A DNA stretch of 64,000 bases from assembly GCA_050287085.1 (NCBI GenBank), contig JBNKBE010000005.1:96001-160000 (forward strand), in the 5' to 3' direction. The stretch is from Polyangiaceae bacterium. GTDB lineage: Bacteria; Myxococcota_A; Polyangia; Polyangiales; Polyangiaceae. Positions 1 to 10,122 of this stretch are shown here, piece after piece; the stretch's first letter is position 1, and every line of letters starts with the position of its first letter. A program made the position numbers and the translations under genes. Under the pieces are notes generated by a model that was not told where the DNA came from, made no database searches, and was given only the letters and a program-made list of their open reading frames with translations.

Positions 1-486
1 CTCAGCGGCATCCGGGTCCGGAACAGATTGCCCGGGGGCTAGAGCGTGCACCGAAAGCAAAGCGTCGCGAGTACTGATGATCGTTCCGGCGCTCTGGGGT
101 TGGCCGCGCGCCGGCAAGCCGTAGTCGGCTCGGCACCGACGGATCCCGACGGCTGCAGCCCGCGCGCGTCCCTCAAGAGCCCCAGGCTTCTCCAATTGTA
201 GTTCGACCGCCTCGACGTGGTGATAGGTGCCGAGGACCATCGCACACAACTCCTCAGCCGCCATCTCGACCAGCCGGTAGCGCCGAAAGAGAAGCAGTGC
301 ACACACCTCGTTGGCGACCCGATCATAGTCGGCCGTGGCTTCGATCCGCCCGCCGATCGCCGCTTCGCGTGTACTCAGCTGAAGCCCGAGATCCAGACGA
401 ATACGTTGCGCACGAGTACGCTCGTGGGGTCTCAGGCCCACGATGCAATCGAGCTCAAGTCCATGGATCCGCACCCAGTCGCTCAT
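1..486 (-). CDS. folB: Dihydroneopterin aldolase with C-terminal extension (3' end runs off window)
   Basis: Not in the ORF track because there is no stop in the window. Hand translation from ATG at 486: MSDWVRIHGLELDCIVGLRPHERTRAQRIRLDL...ATADYDRV...YRLVEMAAEEL...VELQLEKPGAL, matching FolB motifs (G-x-x-x-x-E, DY, L-x-E, KP). GAGGA RBS upstream. Confidence 0.88.
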   Translation of the reverse strand, partial: MSDWVRIHGLELDCIVGLRPHERTRAQRIRLDLGLQLSTREAAIGGRIEATADYDRVANEVCALLLFRRYRLVEMAAEELCAMVLGTYHHVEAVELQLEKPGALEGRARAAAVGIRRCRADYGLPARGQPQSAGTIISTRDALLSVHALAPGQSVPDPDAAE

Positions 487-523
487 GGAGTGTTGTCCTC
501 GCGCCGCAACACGTCTTCTCCTA

Positions 524-955
524 TCAGTGGGTCACGTGCGGACGTCGCTCCGCCTCAAAAAAGGTCAGCGGCCAGACCGCACTTGCTCGCTGCCAAGGCG
601 TATCCTCATCAAAGCGATAGTCGACACGCAGCGAGTACTCTCCCATGACCGGCGGCAAGGGCAGCCCCGTCACGCGCATGCGAAAACGTGCGCCTTCCGG
701 ACGATGCTTGAAAACCGGACTGGACGTCTCGAGCTGCGTCGGCGCCACTAATACCCATCGAAGGTCCATCGACTGCTCCACTTCATGGGGTGTCAGCTGC
801 CAGTAACTATGCACCTCAACGGGTACGACTTGAGTTTGACCCATAGCCTCGGCGGGAACACGCACGCGTTCCACCAGATTGAATAGGCTGGCGCTGTTGG
901 TCTGGCGATCCACGGATGAATTCGCCGCGACCGTGAGCAGGTAGCAATGGGCCAC
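524..955 (-). CDS. Hypothetical protein (small beta-sandwich, DUF6941-like)
   Basis: 143-aa ORF with natural composition; SVDRQTNSASLFNLVE and GEYSLRVDY patterns; co-oriented just upstream of folB. Confidence 0.6.
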   Translation of the reverse strand: MAHCYLLTVAANSSVDRQTNSASLFNLVERVRVPAEAMGQTQVVPVEVHSYWQLTPHEVEQSMDLRWVLVAPTQLETSSPVFKHRPEGARFRMRVTGLPLPPVMGEYSLRVDYRFDEDTPWQRASAVWPLTFFEAERRPHVTH

Positions 956-1105
956 CCGCCGCCTCTAGCACCCGTCCCTGGATTTGCCCAGCCTGTAACC
1001 GGAGCCGAAGAGGAGACTCGCTGCCCCATGAACTCCACTGGCCCGGCGGCTCTACTCGCAGGCCGGACGCCACGCTCGAAGGAGCCCGCGCCCTCGAAAT
1101 CGCAC

Positions 1106-1705
1106 CTAGAATGACGTTCCGACGGCCCGCACCAACCTGTACACCCCCGCGCCAGATGCGAGCTGCACGGTGGCATCGATCGGCATTGCGACGAGGAGGC
1201 CGAGCAGGATACGCGTCCCGTAGAGTGCAAAGCGCCCTCGGCCACGCACGTCGCGGCTAGCGATGTAGCGCAGGCAAGTGAGCCCGCCGCAACACCACAA
1301 CCCGATGTGCAGCAGGGCGCTCCACGGTACGAATTGCCAGGTCGCCGAGAAGGTCCGCTGAGCCAAGTAGTAGATCTCCCAGGCATACTCCGGCGTGGCC
1401 AGCACCGGAAGACGAACCCACACGAGAAACGCCAGCGCGTGCGCGCCAAACAAAAGCCCCGGGATCCCCGCAACCCGAAGCACGTCGCGATAGGACGCGC
1501 GGTGCAACCCTTGCAGGGCCGCTCCAAGCAGGGGCAGATAGATGGCTGCGACTTCCAACGCAAACACCACTCGGGGCGCACGAGCACCCAGCGCCAGTCC
1601 CAGCGCGCTCGGACCGAGCTCAGCCGCAAGCGCCAAGCCCGCGCCCTCCACAACCCACGCCCCAAGGGCAAACTGCAACAATCGCATCTCTTTGACCCCG
1701 CCCAC
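1106..1705 (-). CDS. Membrane protein, divergent succinate dehydrogenase cytochrome b558 (SdhC type B)-like
   Basis: About 5 hydrophobic segments; ALEVAAIYLPL, FSATWQFVPWSAL and TVQLASG resemble myxobacterial SdhC-like proteins as recalled; heme His positions apparently not conserved. Confidence 0.5.
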   Translation of the reverse strand: MGGVKEMRLLQFALGAWVVEGAGLALAAELGPSALGLALGARAPRVVFALEVAAIYLPLLGAALQGLHRASYRDVLRVAGIPGLLFGAHALAFLVWVRLPVLATPEYAWEIYYLAQRTFSATWQFVPWSALLHIGLWCCGGLTCLRYIASRDVRGRGRFALYGTRILLGLLVAMPIDATVQLASGAGVYRLVRAVGTSF

Positions 1706-1748
1706 TCCTGGGCCTGGTATACCGCCTCACGCCCCCCCACGAGCCAGC

Positions 1749-3656
1749 ATGATTCGCGATCTCAAGTGGCCTACGGGCCTGCGCCCGGATTGGAAGCGAC
1801 TATCGGCCAGTGTGTTGGTGGCTCTTGGGGTCCTAGCCTGCAAGAGTGCGCAGCCGAGCCGGGCCATCCCCGAAGTGGCGGTCTCAAACAGCCGTGGCGC
1901 AGAGAGCCACTTTCAGTCGCTGTCGGCCGCTTGGCATGAACGCGGCGAACAAGGTCGCGGCGAGCTCGAAACAAGCTTTCGCAGCTTCTTGAAACTCTAC
2001 CCAAACGACGGGGCCGCCGCCCGCGCACGTGTGTACTTGGCTTGGATTCTTGCGCGCAAGGGCAAGCTGCTAGAGGCGCAACGCCTGAACGAAGCCGCCC
2101 GCCGCGGACGTCTTGGGACGACGCGTGACTTTGCAACTGTAGTCGAGGCCTCTTTGTTGATCGGTCATGCCCGGCCTCAGGAAGCGCTGAAGGCACTGCG
2201 CGCCCTGCAAGGCAAGATCATCGATCCGGTGGAGCGCTTCCTGGCCACCCAGGAGCTCGTCACCGCAACGATGGCGGCGCGCCTGTATGCCGAATGCCTG
2301 CTCTACATGGTAGATTGGGTCGAGCAGGCCCCTGCCGAACGGGAGGAAGACGTCCGCGCCGGAATTCGGTCGCGACTGTACAGCATGCCGGTGAGGGTGC
2401 TGCGACGTGCTCTGGAAGACTACGCCCAAACCCGGAAGGATGCGCGCGAGTCTCGCATCCAAACCCGCGGGGAGCTCGAAAACGAGTGGCTCTTCGAACA
2501 GGTCACCGAACGCCTCGTGAGCGTCGCCCTGGACTCGGGCGACGCAGAGCTCGCAGAGCAGGTGATCGAGCAAAGCCCCGAGCTTAACCCTTCCGATTCC
2601 TCCGAAGAGCTCGCACGACTCGCCAGCGGCGGGCGACCCGAGCCGCGCGTTCGGCAAGACACGCTCGGCTTCGTCCTGCGCACGGCCGATCGCAACGCGA
2701 TCCGACGTTCCACACAAGTGGTTGCCGGGCTCAGCTTTCAGCTCGGTTCAGACATCGAACTCCTCTCCGCCGAGGACGATGGGGGCATGGGCGCAGTTGA
2801 AGAGGCTTTCGCGGAGCTCGCGGCCCAAGGCGCATCACTCATTGTGGCGGGCGTTGATGAACCGAGCGCCGCCGCGGCGGCTCGCGCCGCGCAACGACTG
2901 AAGCTGCCAACGCTACTGTTGTCCGAACAGGTCACGATCGACGGCGAGTACTTCCTCGGCATCGGCAGCTCTGAGTTTACTCAAATGACATTTGTCGAAC
3001 GCGCGCTCGTCGCGCGCCAACTCGTCCCCTACCGCGTCATAGACAGCTCGGAAGCCCATTGTCCCGTATCCGAAGTGGGCTCCTGGCGCCAGGAAGGCAT
3101 CGCCACCATCGCCCTGCTACGCGCAGACGACTGCGCCGAAAGGATCCTCGTCGCCTGCCGGGAAAGCCGCCGCTGTCCGGCCTTGACGTTTGGACTGTTT
3201 GCCGCGCCGCTGCGCGCCACGCTCAGCCCCGACTGGCAACTGAGGGCAGGAGGCTTCCCGTGGGACGGCACAGGGCCGCAGGCGGAGCCGCAACGCGCTA
3301 ACTGGCGGGCGCGGATCGGACGACCGCCGTCGTGGTTCGAAGCCCTGGGTCGCGACGCTGGGGTGCTCTCTCAGAAGGCCCTCCGCGACGCCGAAGTCAT
3401 CACCTCAAGCGACGCTGGGGTGGTCGCTGCGACCCACAACCGCCTCGTACAAGTCCTGGCATCGAGCCACACCTCCGACTTGTGGACCAGCCAGGAAGGA
3501 CGCTTCGATGAGTCACTGCGGCTCATTCGTCAGCTCACACTCGAAAGTCGCGACGAAGCCGAGTCTCACCCTCCGAGCGCTCGGACGCCCGGACATGGGT
3601 TCCCGAAAGGCACCAACCCCATCGAGAAACTCAACATCGCCAAACACTTGAACTAG
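1749..3656 (+). CDS. TPR + periplasmic-binding-protein-like lipoprotein (LpoA/LppC-like)
   Basis: Lipobox LGVLAC after ATG 1749; TPR-like N-terminus (FLKLYPNDGAAARARVYLAW); C-terminal type I PBP-like region (LGFVLR, LIVAGVDE, FEALGRDAG). Confidence 0.6.
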   Translation: MIRDLKWPTGLRPDWKRLSASVLVALGVLACKSAQPSRAIPEVAVSNSRGAESHFQSLSAAWHERGEQGRGELETSFRSFLKLYPNDGAAARARVYLAWILARKGKLLEAQRLNEAARRGRLGTTRDFATVVEASLLIGHARPQEALKALRALQGKIIDPVERFLATQELVTATMAARLYAECLLYMVDWVEQAPAEREEDVRAGIRSRLYSMPVRVLRRALEDYAQTRKDARESRIQTRGELENEWLFEQVTERLVSVALDSGDAELAEQVIEQSPELNPSDSSEELARLASGGRPEPRVRQDTLGFVLRTADRNAIRRSTQVVAGLSFQLGSDIELLSAEDDGGMGAVEEAFAELAAQGASLIVAGVDEPSAAAAARAAQRLKLPTLLLSEQVTIDGEYFLGIGSSEFTQMTFVERALVARQLVPYRVIDSSEAHCPVSEVGSWRQEGIATIALLRADDCAERILVACRESRRCPALTFGLFAAPLRATLSPDWQLRAGGFPWDGTGPQAEPQRANWRARIGRPPSWFEALGRDAGVLSQKALRDAEVITSSDAGVVAATHNRLVQVLASSHTSDLWTSQEGRFDESLRLIRQLTLESRDEAESHPPSARTPGHGFPKGTNPIEKLNIAKHLN

Positions 3657-3669
3657 ATTGTTCATGTTC

Positions 3670-4143
3670 ATGTCAGTCCCGAGTGAGCTCAAGTTTTCCC
3701 TAGAAACGCGCCGTGCAACGCGCAAGCTGGGTGAACATCTAGGCGACGTCCTCCGCCCCGCTGACCTGGTCGTTCTCAGCGGGGAGTTGGGGGCGGGCAA
3801 GACCTTTCTGGTGCGCGCGCTAGCGCGCCGCATGGGCCTCCCACACGAGTACCCAGTCACCAGCCCGACCTTTGCCCTGCTCCAAGAACTCGAAACAAGC
3901 CCCCCGCTGGTACACGCGGATCTCTATCGCCTGGGAGCCGAAGAAAGCGTGAGCGAGCTAGGCCTCTGGGAGCACCGCAACGAGGGAGCCATCGTCATCG
4001 TAGAATGGGGAGAACCCTTTGTCGCCCAGTTGGGCGGGGATGCATTGGTGATAGCGCTCGACCTATCGCCGCGAAGCGCCCGCGTCAGCGCGACGGGCGA
4101 GACGGCGGCCCAACGTTTGGAAGCATTGCGAAGCAAGCTCTGA
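3670..4143 (+). CDS. tsaE: tRNA threonylcarbamoyladenosine biosynthesis ATPase TsaE
   Basis: LSGELGAGKT Walker A, VTSPTF, HADLYRL, IVEWGE. Confidence 0.95.
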   Translation: MSVPSELKFSLETRRATRKLGEHLGDVLRPADLVVLSGELGAGKTFLVRALARRMGLPHEYPVTSPTFALLQELETSPPLVHADLYRLGAEESVSELGLWEHRNEGAIVIVEWGEPFVAQLGGDALVIALDLSPRSARVSATGETAAQRLEALRSKL

Positions 4144-4164
4144 CGGCAAGCTCTGCGCGCCAAT

Positions 4165-5055
4165 TCAGCGCTGCAGGCGTCGGTAGACAGATTCGACCTC
4201 CGCGCTCTTCGTCGCCACCGCCCCGCCCTCCCGGGTCAGGTAGTGCACGCGGGAGTAGCCGGCAGCCGCGATGGCCTCCAGGCACGCGTCCAGTCCGCCG
4301 CCCACGTCCTGCGGACCGTGGCTGTCGTCACCCAACGTGACTGGAATGTCCATCTGACAAGCCCTAGCCAAGATCGTCGGCCCTGGGTAGACCGGACCAA
4401 ATCCGCGACGTACCGGAGCAGCATTGACCTCCAGCAATGCGCCCTGAGCCCGCGCCGCTTCCAGCGCTCGCTCGATGGCCCTCCACACGTTTGGAACGAA
4501 CTCGACGTCGTGCCCCTTGAAGCGACGGATCAGATCGAGATGGCCCAGCACCTCTGGGCGCAGCTCCGTGGCCACCTGCACAACCTGCTCGAAGTAAGCG
4601 ATGCACAACGCGTCCCACCCGCCCGCCTGCTCCGCGAGCTCCTCAGTCAACTCGGGCTTCAAGTCGATCGGTCGCTCGAACACCGTGTGGGCGCTGCCGA
4701 TGATGAAGTCCGCGTGGTAGACGCGCCGCAGGCTAGCGGTGTGCTCTCGCCATCCGTTCGCCGGAATCACCTCCGACTCAAAGCCCACCAACAGCTCGAT
4801 GCGAGATGCAAATTCCGCCTGCAGCCGGCGAGCCTCCGCCATATAACCCTCGAACTGCGCCACGAGCCCCTCCGGCCCAAGATCCTCTTCACCCGGAAAA
4901 AGGTCCATTGTCCGCAGACGCGGACAGTGTTCGGCCAGGCCGTAGGTTGAAAACCCCAGCTCGCACGCTCGCTCTACGACGGCCCGGAGCGCGCCTTTGG
5001 CGTGACGACAGTACTGCCCACTGTGACCTCCGTGGTAGCTGAATAGCGGCGACAT
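4165..5055 (-). CDS. Histidinol-phosphatase, PHP (HisJ/HisK) family
   Basis: SYHGGHSGQYCRHA, GLAEHCPR, VGFESE, IGSAH, GHLDL, LEVNAA, LGDDSHGP metal-binding motifs. Confidence 0.88.
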   Translation of the reverse strand: MSPLFSYHGGHSGQYCRHAKGALRAVVERACELGFSTYGLAEHCPRLRTMDLFPGEEDLGPEGLVAQFEGYMAEARRLQAEFASRIELLVGFESEVIPANGWREHTASLRRVYHADFIIGSAHTVFERPIDLKPELTEELAEQAGGWDALCIAYFEQVVQVATELRPEVLGHLDLIRRFKGHDVEFVPNVWRAIERALEAARAQGALLEVNAAPVRRGFGPVYPGPTILARACQMDIPVTLGDDSHGPQDVGGGLDACLEAIAAAGYSRVHYLTREGGAVATKSAEVESVYRRLQR

Positions 5056-5163
5056 CAAGGCGAATAGTAGACGCAATCACGAGCAGACGGACCGCAAAAT
5101 GCCAGCAAACGCCCCGGCCCTCCCGCTGATCGGCGGCTTGATACTGCGCAGCCGGTCACGCGT

Positions 5164-7737
5164 ATGTTAGGCGAAGCCATGACATCGCCTTCCGAGCGTG
5201 CACCTCTCGAACGTCGCCTTCCCGGCAAGGGAGTGGAGGCCACGGCGGAGCTCCTACTGGAGCGCTTCATGGCGTACTCCGAAGAACGGGGACTCGAACT
5301 GTACCCAGCTCAAGAAGAGGCGATCCTGGAGCTCTTCGACGGCCACAACGTGATCCTGAAGACGCCCACCGGCTCCGGCAAGAGCCTGGTCGCATTGGCT
5401 GCCTGCTACAAGGCGTTGGCTGAACGGAAGTTCGCCTTCTACACGGCCCCTATCAAAGCGCTCGTCACTGAGAAGTTCTTCGAGTTGTGCCGCGTCCTGG
5501 GTGCCGACAACGTCGGCATGATGACGGGCGACGCGGCGGTCAATACGGACGCGCCGATCATCTGCTGCACTGCGGAGATCCTCGCAAACCTCGCGCTGCG
5601 CGAAGGCGCACGTGCGCAGGCCGACATGGTTGTGATGGACGAGTTCCACTACTACGCCGACCGCGACCGGGGCAGCGCATGGCAACTGCCGCTGCTGACG
5701 CTGACGCAGGCGCGCTTTTTGCTGATGAGTGCGACCCTTGGCCAGACAGACTTCTTTCTCCGCTGTCTAGAGGACCTCACTGGAATCCCCACCCGCCTGG
5801 TGAGTTCCGCAGAGCGCCCGGTTCCACTCGACTTCAGCTACAGCGAAGTCCCTGTACAGGATAAGATCCTCAGCCTGAATGAGAACGGTCTGACGCCGAT
5901 CTACATCGTTCACTTCTCGCAGCGTGCGGCATGCGAAGCAGCTCAGAACCTCATGAGTTGCAATTTCATCGACAAAGAGCGGAAGCGGGCCATCGCCGAC
6001 CAGCTGAAAGGTTTCAGATTCGATAGCCCATTCGGCAAGGAACTGTCCCGCTTTGTCCGTCACGGCGTCGGGGTTCACCACGCTGGAATGCTCCCCAAGT
6101 ATCGGCGCTTGGTCGAAAGGCTCGCGCAAAGCGGATTGCTCAGTATCATCTGCGGAACTGACACGCTTGGTGTGGGCGTAAACGTGCCAATTCGGACAGT
6201 GCTGTTCACCCAGCTATGCAAGTTCGATGGAGACAAGACAAAGATTCTAACCGTTCGTGACTTTCATCAAATAGCGGGAAGAGCGGGCCGGCGCGGATTC
6301 GACACGCGCGGCAGCGTGGTCGTGCAAGCGCCGGAGCATGAAATCGAAAACCGAATCATGCGCGACAAGGCCGCGGACAACCCGAAGAAGCTGAAGAAGC
6401 TGCGCTCCAAGAAGCCCCCCGACCGAGGTTACTCGCCCTACGACGCCCAAACGATGCAGCGCCTCATCGAGTCCGAGCCCGAAGCATTGGTGCCTCAGTT
6501 TCGCGTCAATCAGGGCATGCTGCTAAACGTGCTAGCCGGTGAAGACGGCTGTCGACGAGCCAAGGCTCTGGTGCGCGGCTGCCACGAGCCACCCGCTGGG
6601 CGACGGCGCCTGCTGAAGCGCGGCATGGACCTATTTCGCTCGCTCGTTACATCGGGCGTTCTGGAGCTGACGTCCGAAGGCGTTCAGATCAACGCCGATC
6701 TGCAGCAGGACTTTTCCTTGCACCAAGCGCTGTCTCTGTGGGCGCACGAGGTACTCGACACCCTCGATCCGGAGCTTCCCACTCATCCGCTCACTGTGCT
6801 TTCGGTCTTGGAGGCGACGCTCGAAACCCCCTACGCCGTCATCTACAAGCAGATCGATGCCCTGAAGAAGCAGCGATTGGCGGAGTTGAAAGCCGAAGGC
6901 GTGCCCTACGAAGAGAGGCTCGAAGAACTCGAGCGCATTGAGGCCCCAAAGCCAGAAGCGGATTTCATCTACGGGACGTACAATCTGTTCAAGCAACAAC
7001 ACCCCTGGGTCGCAGAGCACAACATTGCCCCTAAGTCCATCGCGCGGGACATGTACGAGCAGGCCGCGAGTTTCAACGTTTACGTCAAAGACTACGGATT
7101 GTCCCGCCTCGAAGGTGTGCTGCTGCGCTACCTCAGCGACGTGTATCGAGCGTTGCGCCAAAGCGTGGCCGAACAGCACAAGACTGCTGGTATTGCAGAA
7201 CTAGAGGACTGGCTAGGAGCGGAGCTACGAGCCGTGGACGCGAGCCTCATCGACGAGTGGGAGCAGCTTCAGCACCCGCAAACAATGCTCGAACGCCGCC
7301 CACAACAACCCGCCAACGACGACATCACCCAGGACGCCAAAGCGTTCGACATCCTGCTTCGAAACGCGAGCTTTCGATTGGTCCAGGCCCTCGCTCGCCG
7401 AGACTTCGACCGTGCCATCCGCTTGCTTTCCGACATGGCCGGCGAGGATGCTAAGTACCCGAAGGATCCGAAAGGTGACGCCTGGACCCCGGAGCGACTA
7501 GCTGAGGCTCTGGCGCCTTATTTTCAGGAGCACGACTACATCGCAGTCGACGGAAATGCGCGCAGCGCGGCGCGCAGCACGATAGAGCGTACCCCAGCGC
7601 GGACTAGCCTCCGGCAGACCCTCAGTGACCCCGCGGACAATCTGGACTGGTACTTTGAGCTGAGCGTGGATCTGGCGGCGAGCGCCGAAGCGTCTCAGGT
7701 GGTCGCGTCACTGACGCTCGTGACCGTTGAGCCCTAG
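5164..7737 (+). CDS. Ski2-like DEAD/DEAH RNA helicase with DUF3516-type C-terminus
   Basis: PTGSGKS, APIKAL, DEFH, MSAT, HHAGMLP, TDTLGVGVNVP, QIAGRAGRRG; C-terminal EGVLLRYLSD and VDASLIDEWE. Confidence 0.92.
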   Translation: MLGEAMTSPSERAPLERRLPGKGVEATAELLLERFMAYSEERGLELYPAQEEAILELFDGHNVILKTPTGSGKSLVALAACYKALAERKFAFYTAPIKALVTEKFFELCRVLGADNVGMMTGDAAVNTDAPIICCTAEILANLALREGARAQADMVVMDEFHYYADRDRGSAWQLPLLTLTQARFLLMSATLGQTDFFLRCLEDLTGIPTRLVSSAERPVPLDFSYSEVPVQDKILSLNENGLTPIYIVHFSQRAACEAAQNLMSCNFIDKERKRAIADQLKGFRFDSPFGKELSRFVRHGVGVHHAGMLPKYRRLVERLAQSGLLSIICGTDTLGVGVNVPIRTVLFTQLCKFDGDKTKILTVRDFHQIAGRAGRRGFDTRGSVVVQAPEHEIENRIMRDKAADNPKKLKKLRSKKPPDRGYSPYDAQTMQRLIESEPEALVPQFRVNQGMLLNVLAGEDGCRRAKALVRGCHEPPAGRRRLLKRGMDLFRSLVTSGVLELTSEGVQINADLQQDFSLHQALSLWAHEVLDTLDPELPTHPLTVLSVLEATLETPYAVIYKQIDALKKQRLAELKAEGVPYEERLEELERIEAPKPEADFIYGTYNLFKQQHPWVAEHNIAPKSIARDMYEQAASFNVYVKDYGLSRLEGVLLRYLSDVYRALRQSVAEQHKTAGIAELEDWLGAELRAVDASLIDEWEQLQHPQTMLERRPQQPANDDITQDAKAFDILLRNASFRLVQALARRDFDRAIRLLSDMAGEDAKYPKDPKGDAWTPERLAEALAPYFQEHDYIAVDGNARSAARSTIERTPARTSLRQTLSDPADNLDWYFELSVDLAASAEASQVVASLTLVTVEP

Positions 7738-7759
7738 GGCCCGCGGTTGGGAAGTCAGT

Positions 7760-7784
7760 CGCGCGCCGGTCGAGACCGGGCGCG
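7760..7784 (+). terminator. GC-rich hairpin downstream of the helicase gene (possible terminator or processing stem)
   Basis: CGCGC-G-CCGGT-cgag-ACCGG-GCGCG about 20 nt after the stop; no U-tract. Confidence 0.3.
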
Positions 7785-7988
7785 TGAGGGGCGAGCACCG
7801 CAAGGCCACTGGAACATCGTAGCATCAGGTCGACCCCAGGGGTGAGGCCGTCCGAAGGACTTTGCCCTCGCCAATGACGAGCGGCCCAAAGTCTGCGCCC
7901 CTGCGCACCGCCATCGGGTACTAGCCATGCCGCCGAGCTGGCAAGGGGCCAGGAGCGGCACTATTGTGCTGATCATCCAGGAACTTCT

Positions 7989-10112
7989 ATGCCGCACTTT
8001 CCGGTCTCCGCCCCTCGCTCCCTGAACGCGCTTGGACAACGAATCGAAACGACGTTGTCGCTGCGACGTAGCAGCGAAGTGCAGACGGCGCTGGAGTTGC
8101 GCCAGGCACGCTCTTCAGCACAGGCTGAAGCGCTGGCAGCGCACGTGTTGCTGGACCTCGGGTTCGACGCCAGCTCCGTGACGGTGGCGATTTTGCTGCC
8201 AGTGCTGGCACCTGCCGAAGCATTTCCGACGGGGACGGACGCCGCCACGTTGGAGCTGGCCGATAGCGTGCGCCGGCTGGAGCAGATCCGCTGGCAGTCC
8301 GCAGACGAGCAGGCCGCCGAGACATTGCGCCGCATGTTCATCGCCCTAGCGAGAGATCTTCGCGCGGTGGTGCTACTTCTGGCCCTGCGCGCTGAAGCTC
8401 TCGGTCGCCCTGAGCCGGACGATACCCCCGACGAGATAGCTCGTCAGCTGGGCCAGGAAACACTCGACGTCTATGCCCCGCTCGCCAACCGCTTGGGCAT
8501 TTGGCAGCTCAAGTGGGAACTGGAAAACCGCGCCCTGGCCCGGGTGGATCCCGCCGGATATCAGCGCATCATCGACCTGCTCGCGCAAACCCAAGAGCAA
8601 CGGGACGGCTATATTCAGCGGGTGGTTGCGGCCCTCCAGAATCATCTTGCTACCTGTGGCCTCGACTACGATCTAAGTGGGCGCTCCAAGCACGTCTTCA
8701 GCATCTACAAAAAGATGCTGAAGAAACAGGTGGATTTCGGACAGCTCTATGACGTCAGTGCGGTGCGCATCTTGGTGCCGGCAGTGGCTGACTGCTACGC
8801 AATTCTTGGGCTTGTGCACAGCTTGTGGTCGCCGCTTCCTGGACACTTCAAGGACTACATCGCCATGCCCAAAGCCAATGGCTACCAATCCTTGCACACC
8901 GTGGTCATGGCACTCGAAGGTCGCGTTCTGGAAGTTCAGATTCGCACCCGGACCATGCATGAACTGGCTGAACAGGGTATCGCAGCCCATTGGGCCTACA
9001 AGGAGCAGAAATCGGTCGACGATAGCACGTCGAGATTCCTGTCGCTGCGCAAACTCCTGGCATGGGAAGAACTCGGAACCCAAAGCGCCGAGTTCTCGAA
9101 CCAACTGAGTACGGACCTATTCGAAGACCAGGTCTACGTCTTCACGCCCAAGGGTGATGTCCTGGCATTGCCGAAAGGAGCCACCCCCCTCGACTTCGCC
9201 TATCGCGTGCACACGGAGGTGGGACACCGTTGTCGTGGCGCACGCGTCAACGATCAGATCGTCGCCCTCGACTACACGCTGCGCAATGGTGATCGCGTCG
9301 CCGTTCTCACGCAAAAAGAGAGCCGGCCGCGTCAGGATTGGCTCAATGAGAGTTTTGGCTTCCTCAGAACCGCCGGGGCTCGGGCCAAGGTTCGGCAGTG
9401 GTTCAAGGAGCAGGGTCGCGAGGCGGCGACGCGTACCGGCAAAGAGATGGTCGAACGCGAACTCAATCGCCTGGATCTTCAGAGCACGACCCTCCCCGAG
9501 GTAGTTGCCGCCCTGCGTTATGAATCGGCAGAAGACTTGTTTCGTGCAGTAGGCCAGGGGGATAAACGCCTGCCAGCAGTCACTCGCATGGCACTCGAAC
9601 TCGAGCGGGCCAGCGCCGCTCCGGAATTGCCGCCGAGCGTCCCGCCCCCAGCCCGCTCAGCGATTCCAGCCGGAATATCGCTCGAGTCGATCGACGGTAT
9701 TGCGGGCAACCGTGCCGGCTGCTGCCTTGCTGTTCCCGGCGACGACGTCATCGGATTCATTACGCGCGGCCGCGGTGTTACGGTGCACCGGCGCGACTGC
9801 GCTCAGATCCGTGAAACACAAGAACCGGAGCGGCTGGTGGAGATCTCCTGGGGCACGCGCGGCGCGGAGCGTTTCGAAGTGGACCTCGACGTCGTCGCCT
9901 ACGCGCGCCCCAACTTGATCGCGGACCTATGTCATGTGGCCGGGCAAGCGGGGGCGGAAGTGGTCAGCGCTCGGGCCCAAGGGAAAGCGGGAAATGCGCC
10001 GCACGTCTTGCTTGGACTCAAGCTAGTCAGTGCGGAGCAACTCACACATGTACTTGGACGGCTATCTACACTCAGCTACGTGCAGAGTGTCCGGCGCCAC
10101 CATCGCGGGTGA
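7989..10112 (+). CDS. relA: Long RelA/SpoT homolog, (p)ppGpp synthetase with degenerate HD domain
   Basis: YAPLANRLGIWQLKWELE, GRSKHVFSIYKKM, YQSLHT, EVQIRT, AAHWAYKE; TGS domain (VFTPKG, ATPLDFAY); CC...HRRDC zinc finger; ACT domain. Confidence 0.93.
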   Translation: MPHFPVSAPRSLNALGQRIETTLSLRRSSEVQTALELRQARSSAQAEALAAHVLLDLGFDASSVTVAILLPVLAPAEAFPTGTDAATLELADSVRRLEQIRWQSADEQAAETLRRMFIALARDLRAVVLLLALRAEALGRPEPDDTPDEIARQLGQETLDVYAPLANRLGIWQLKWELENRALARVDPAGYQRIIDLLAQTQEQRDGYIQRVVAALQNHLATCGLDYDLSGRSKHVFSIYKKMLKKQVDFGQLYDVSAVRILVPAVADCYAILGLVHSLWSPLPGHFKDYIAMPKANGYQSLHTVVMALEGRVLEVQIRTRTMHELAEQGIAAHWAYKEQKSVDDSTSRFLSLRKLLAWEELGTQSAEFSNQLSTDLFEDQVYVFTPKGDVLALPKGATPLDFAYRVHTEVGHRCRGARVNDQIVALDYTLRNGDRVAVLTQKESRPRQDWLNESFGFLRTAGARAKVRQWFKEQGREAATRTGKEMVERELNRLDLQSTTLPEVVAALRYESAEDLFRAVGQGDKRLPAVTRMALELERASAAPELPPSVPPPARSAIPAGISLESIDGIAGNRAGCCLAVPGDDVIGFITRGRGVTVHRRDCAQIRETQEPERLVEISWGTRGAERFEVDLDVVAYARPNLIADLCHVAGQAGAEVVSARAQGKAGNAPHVLLGLKLVSAEQLTHVLGRLSTLSYVQSVRRHHRG

Positions 10113-10122
10113 GAGCAGCACA

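Noticed and set aside
7738..7988. Possible cobalamin riboswitch or 6S RNA upstream of relA (GGGAAG and GCCACTG present, several hairpins)
   Set aside because: Motif order and the remaining B12-box elements do not fit, no 6S-like central bubble is seen, and hairpins are expected at this GC content.
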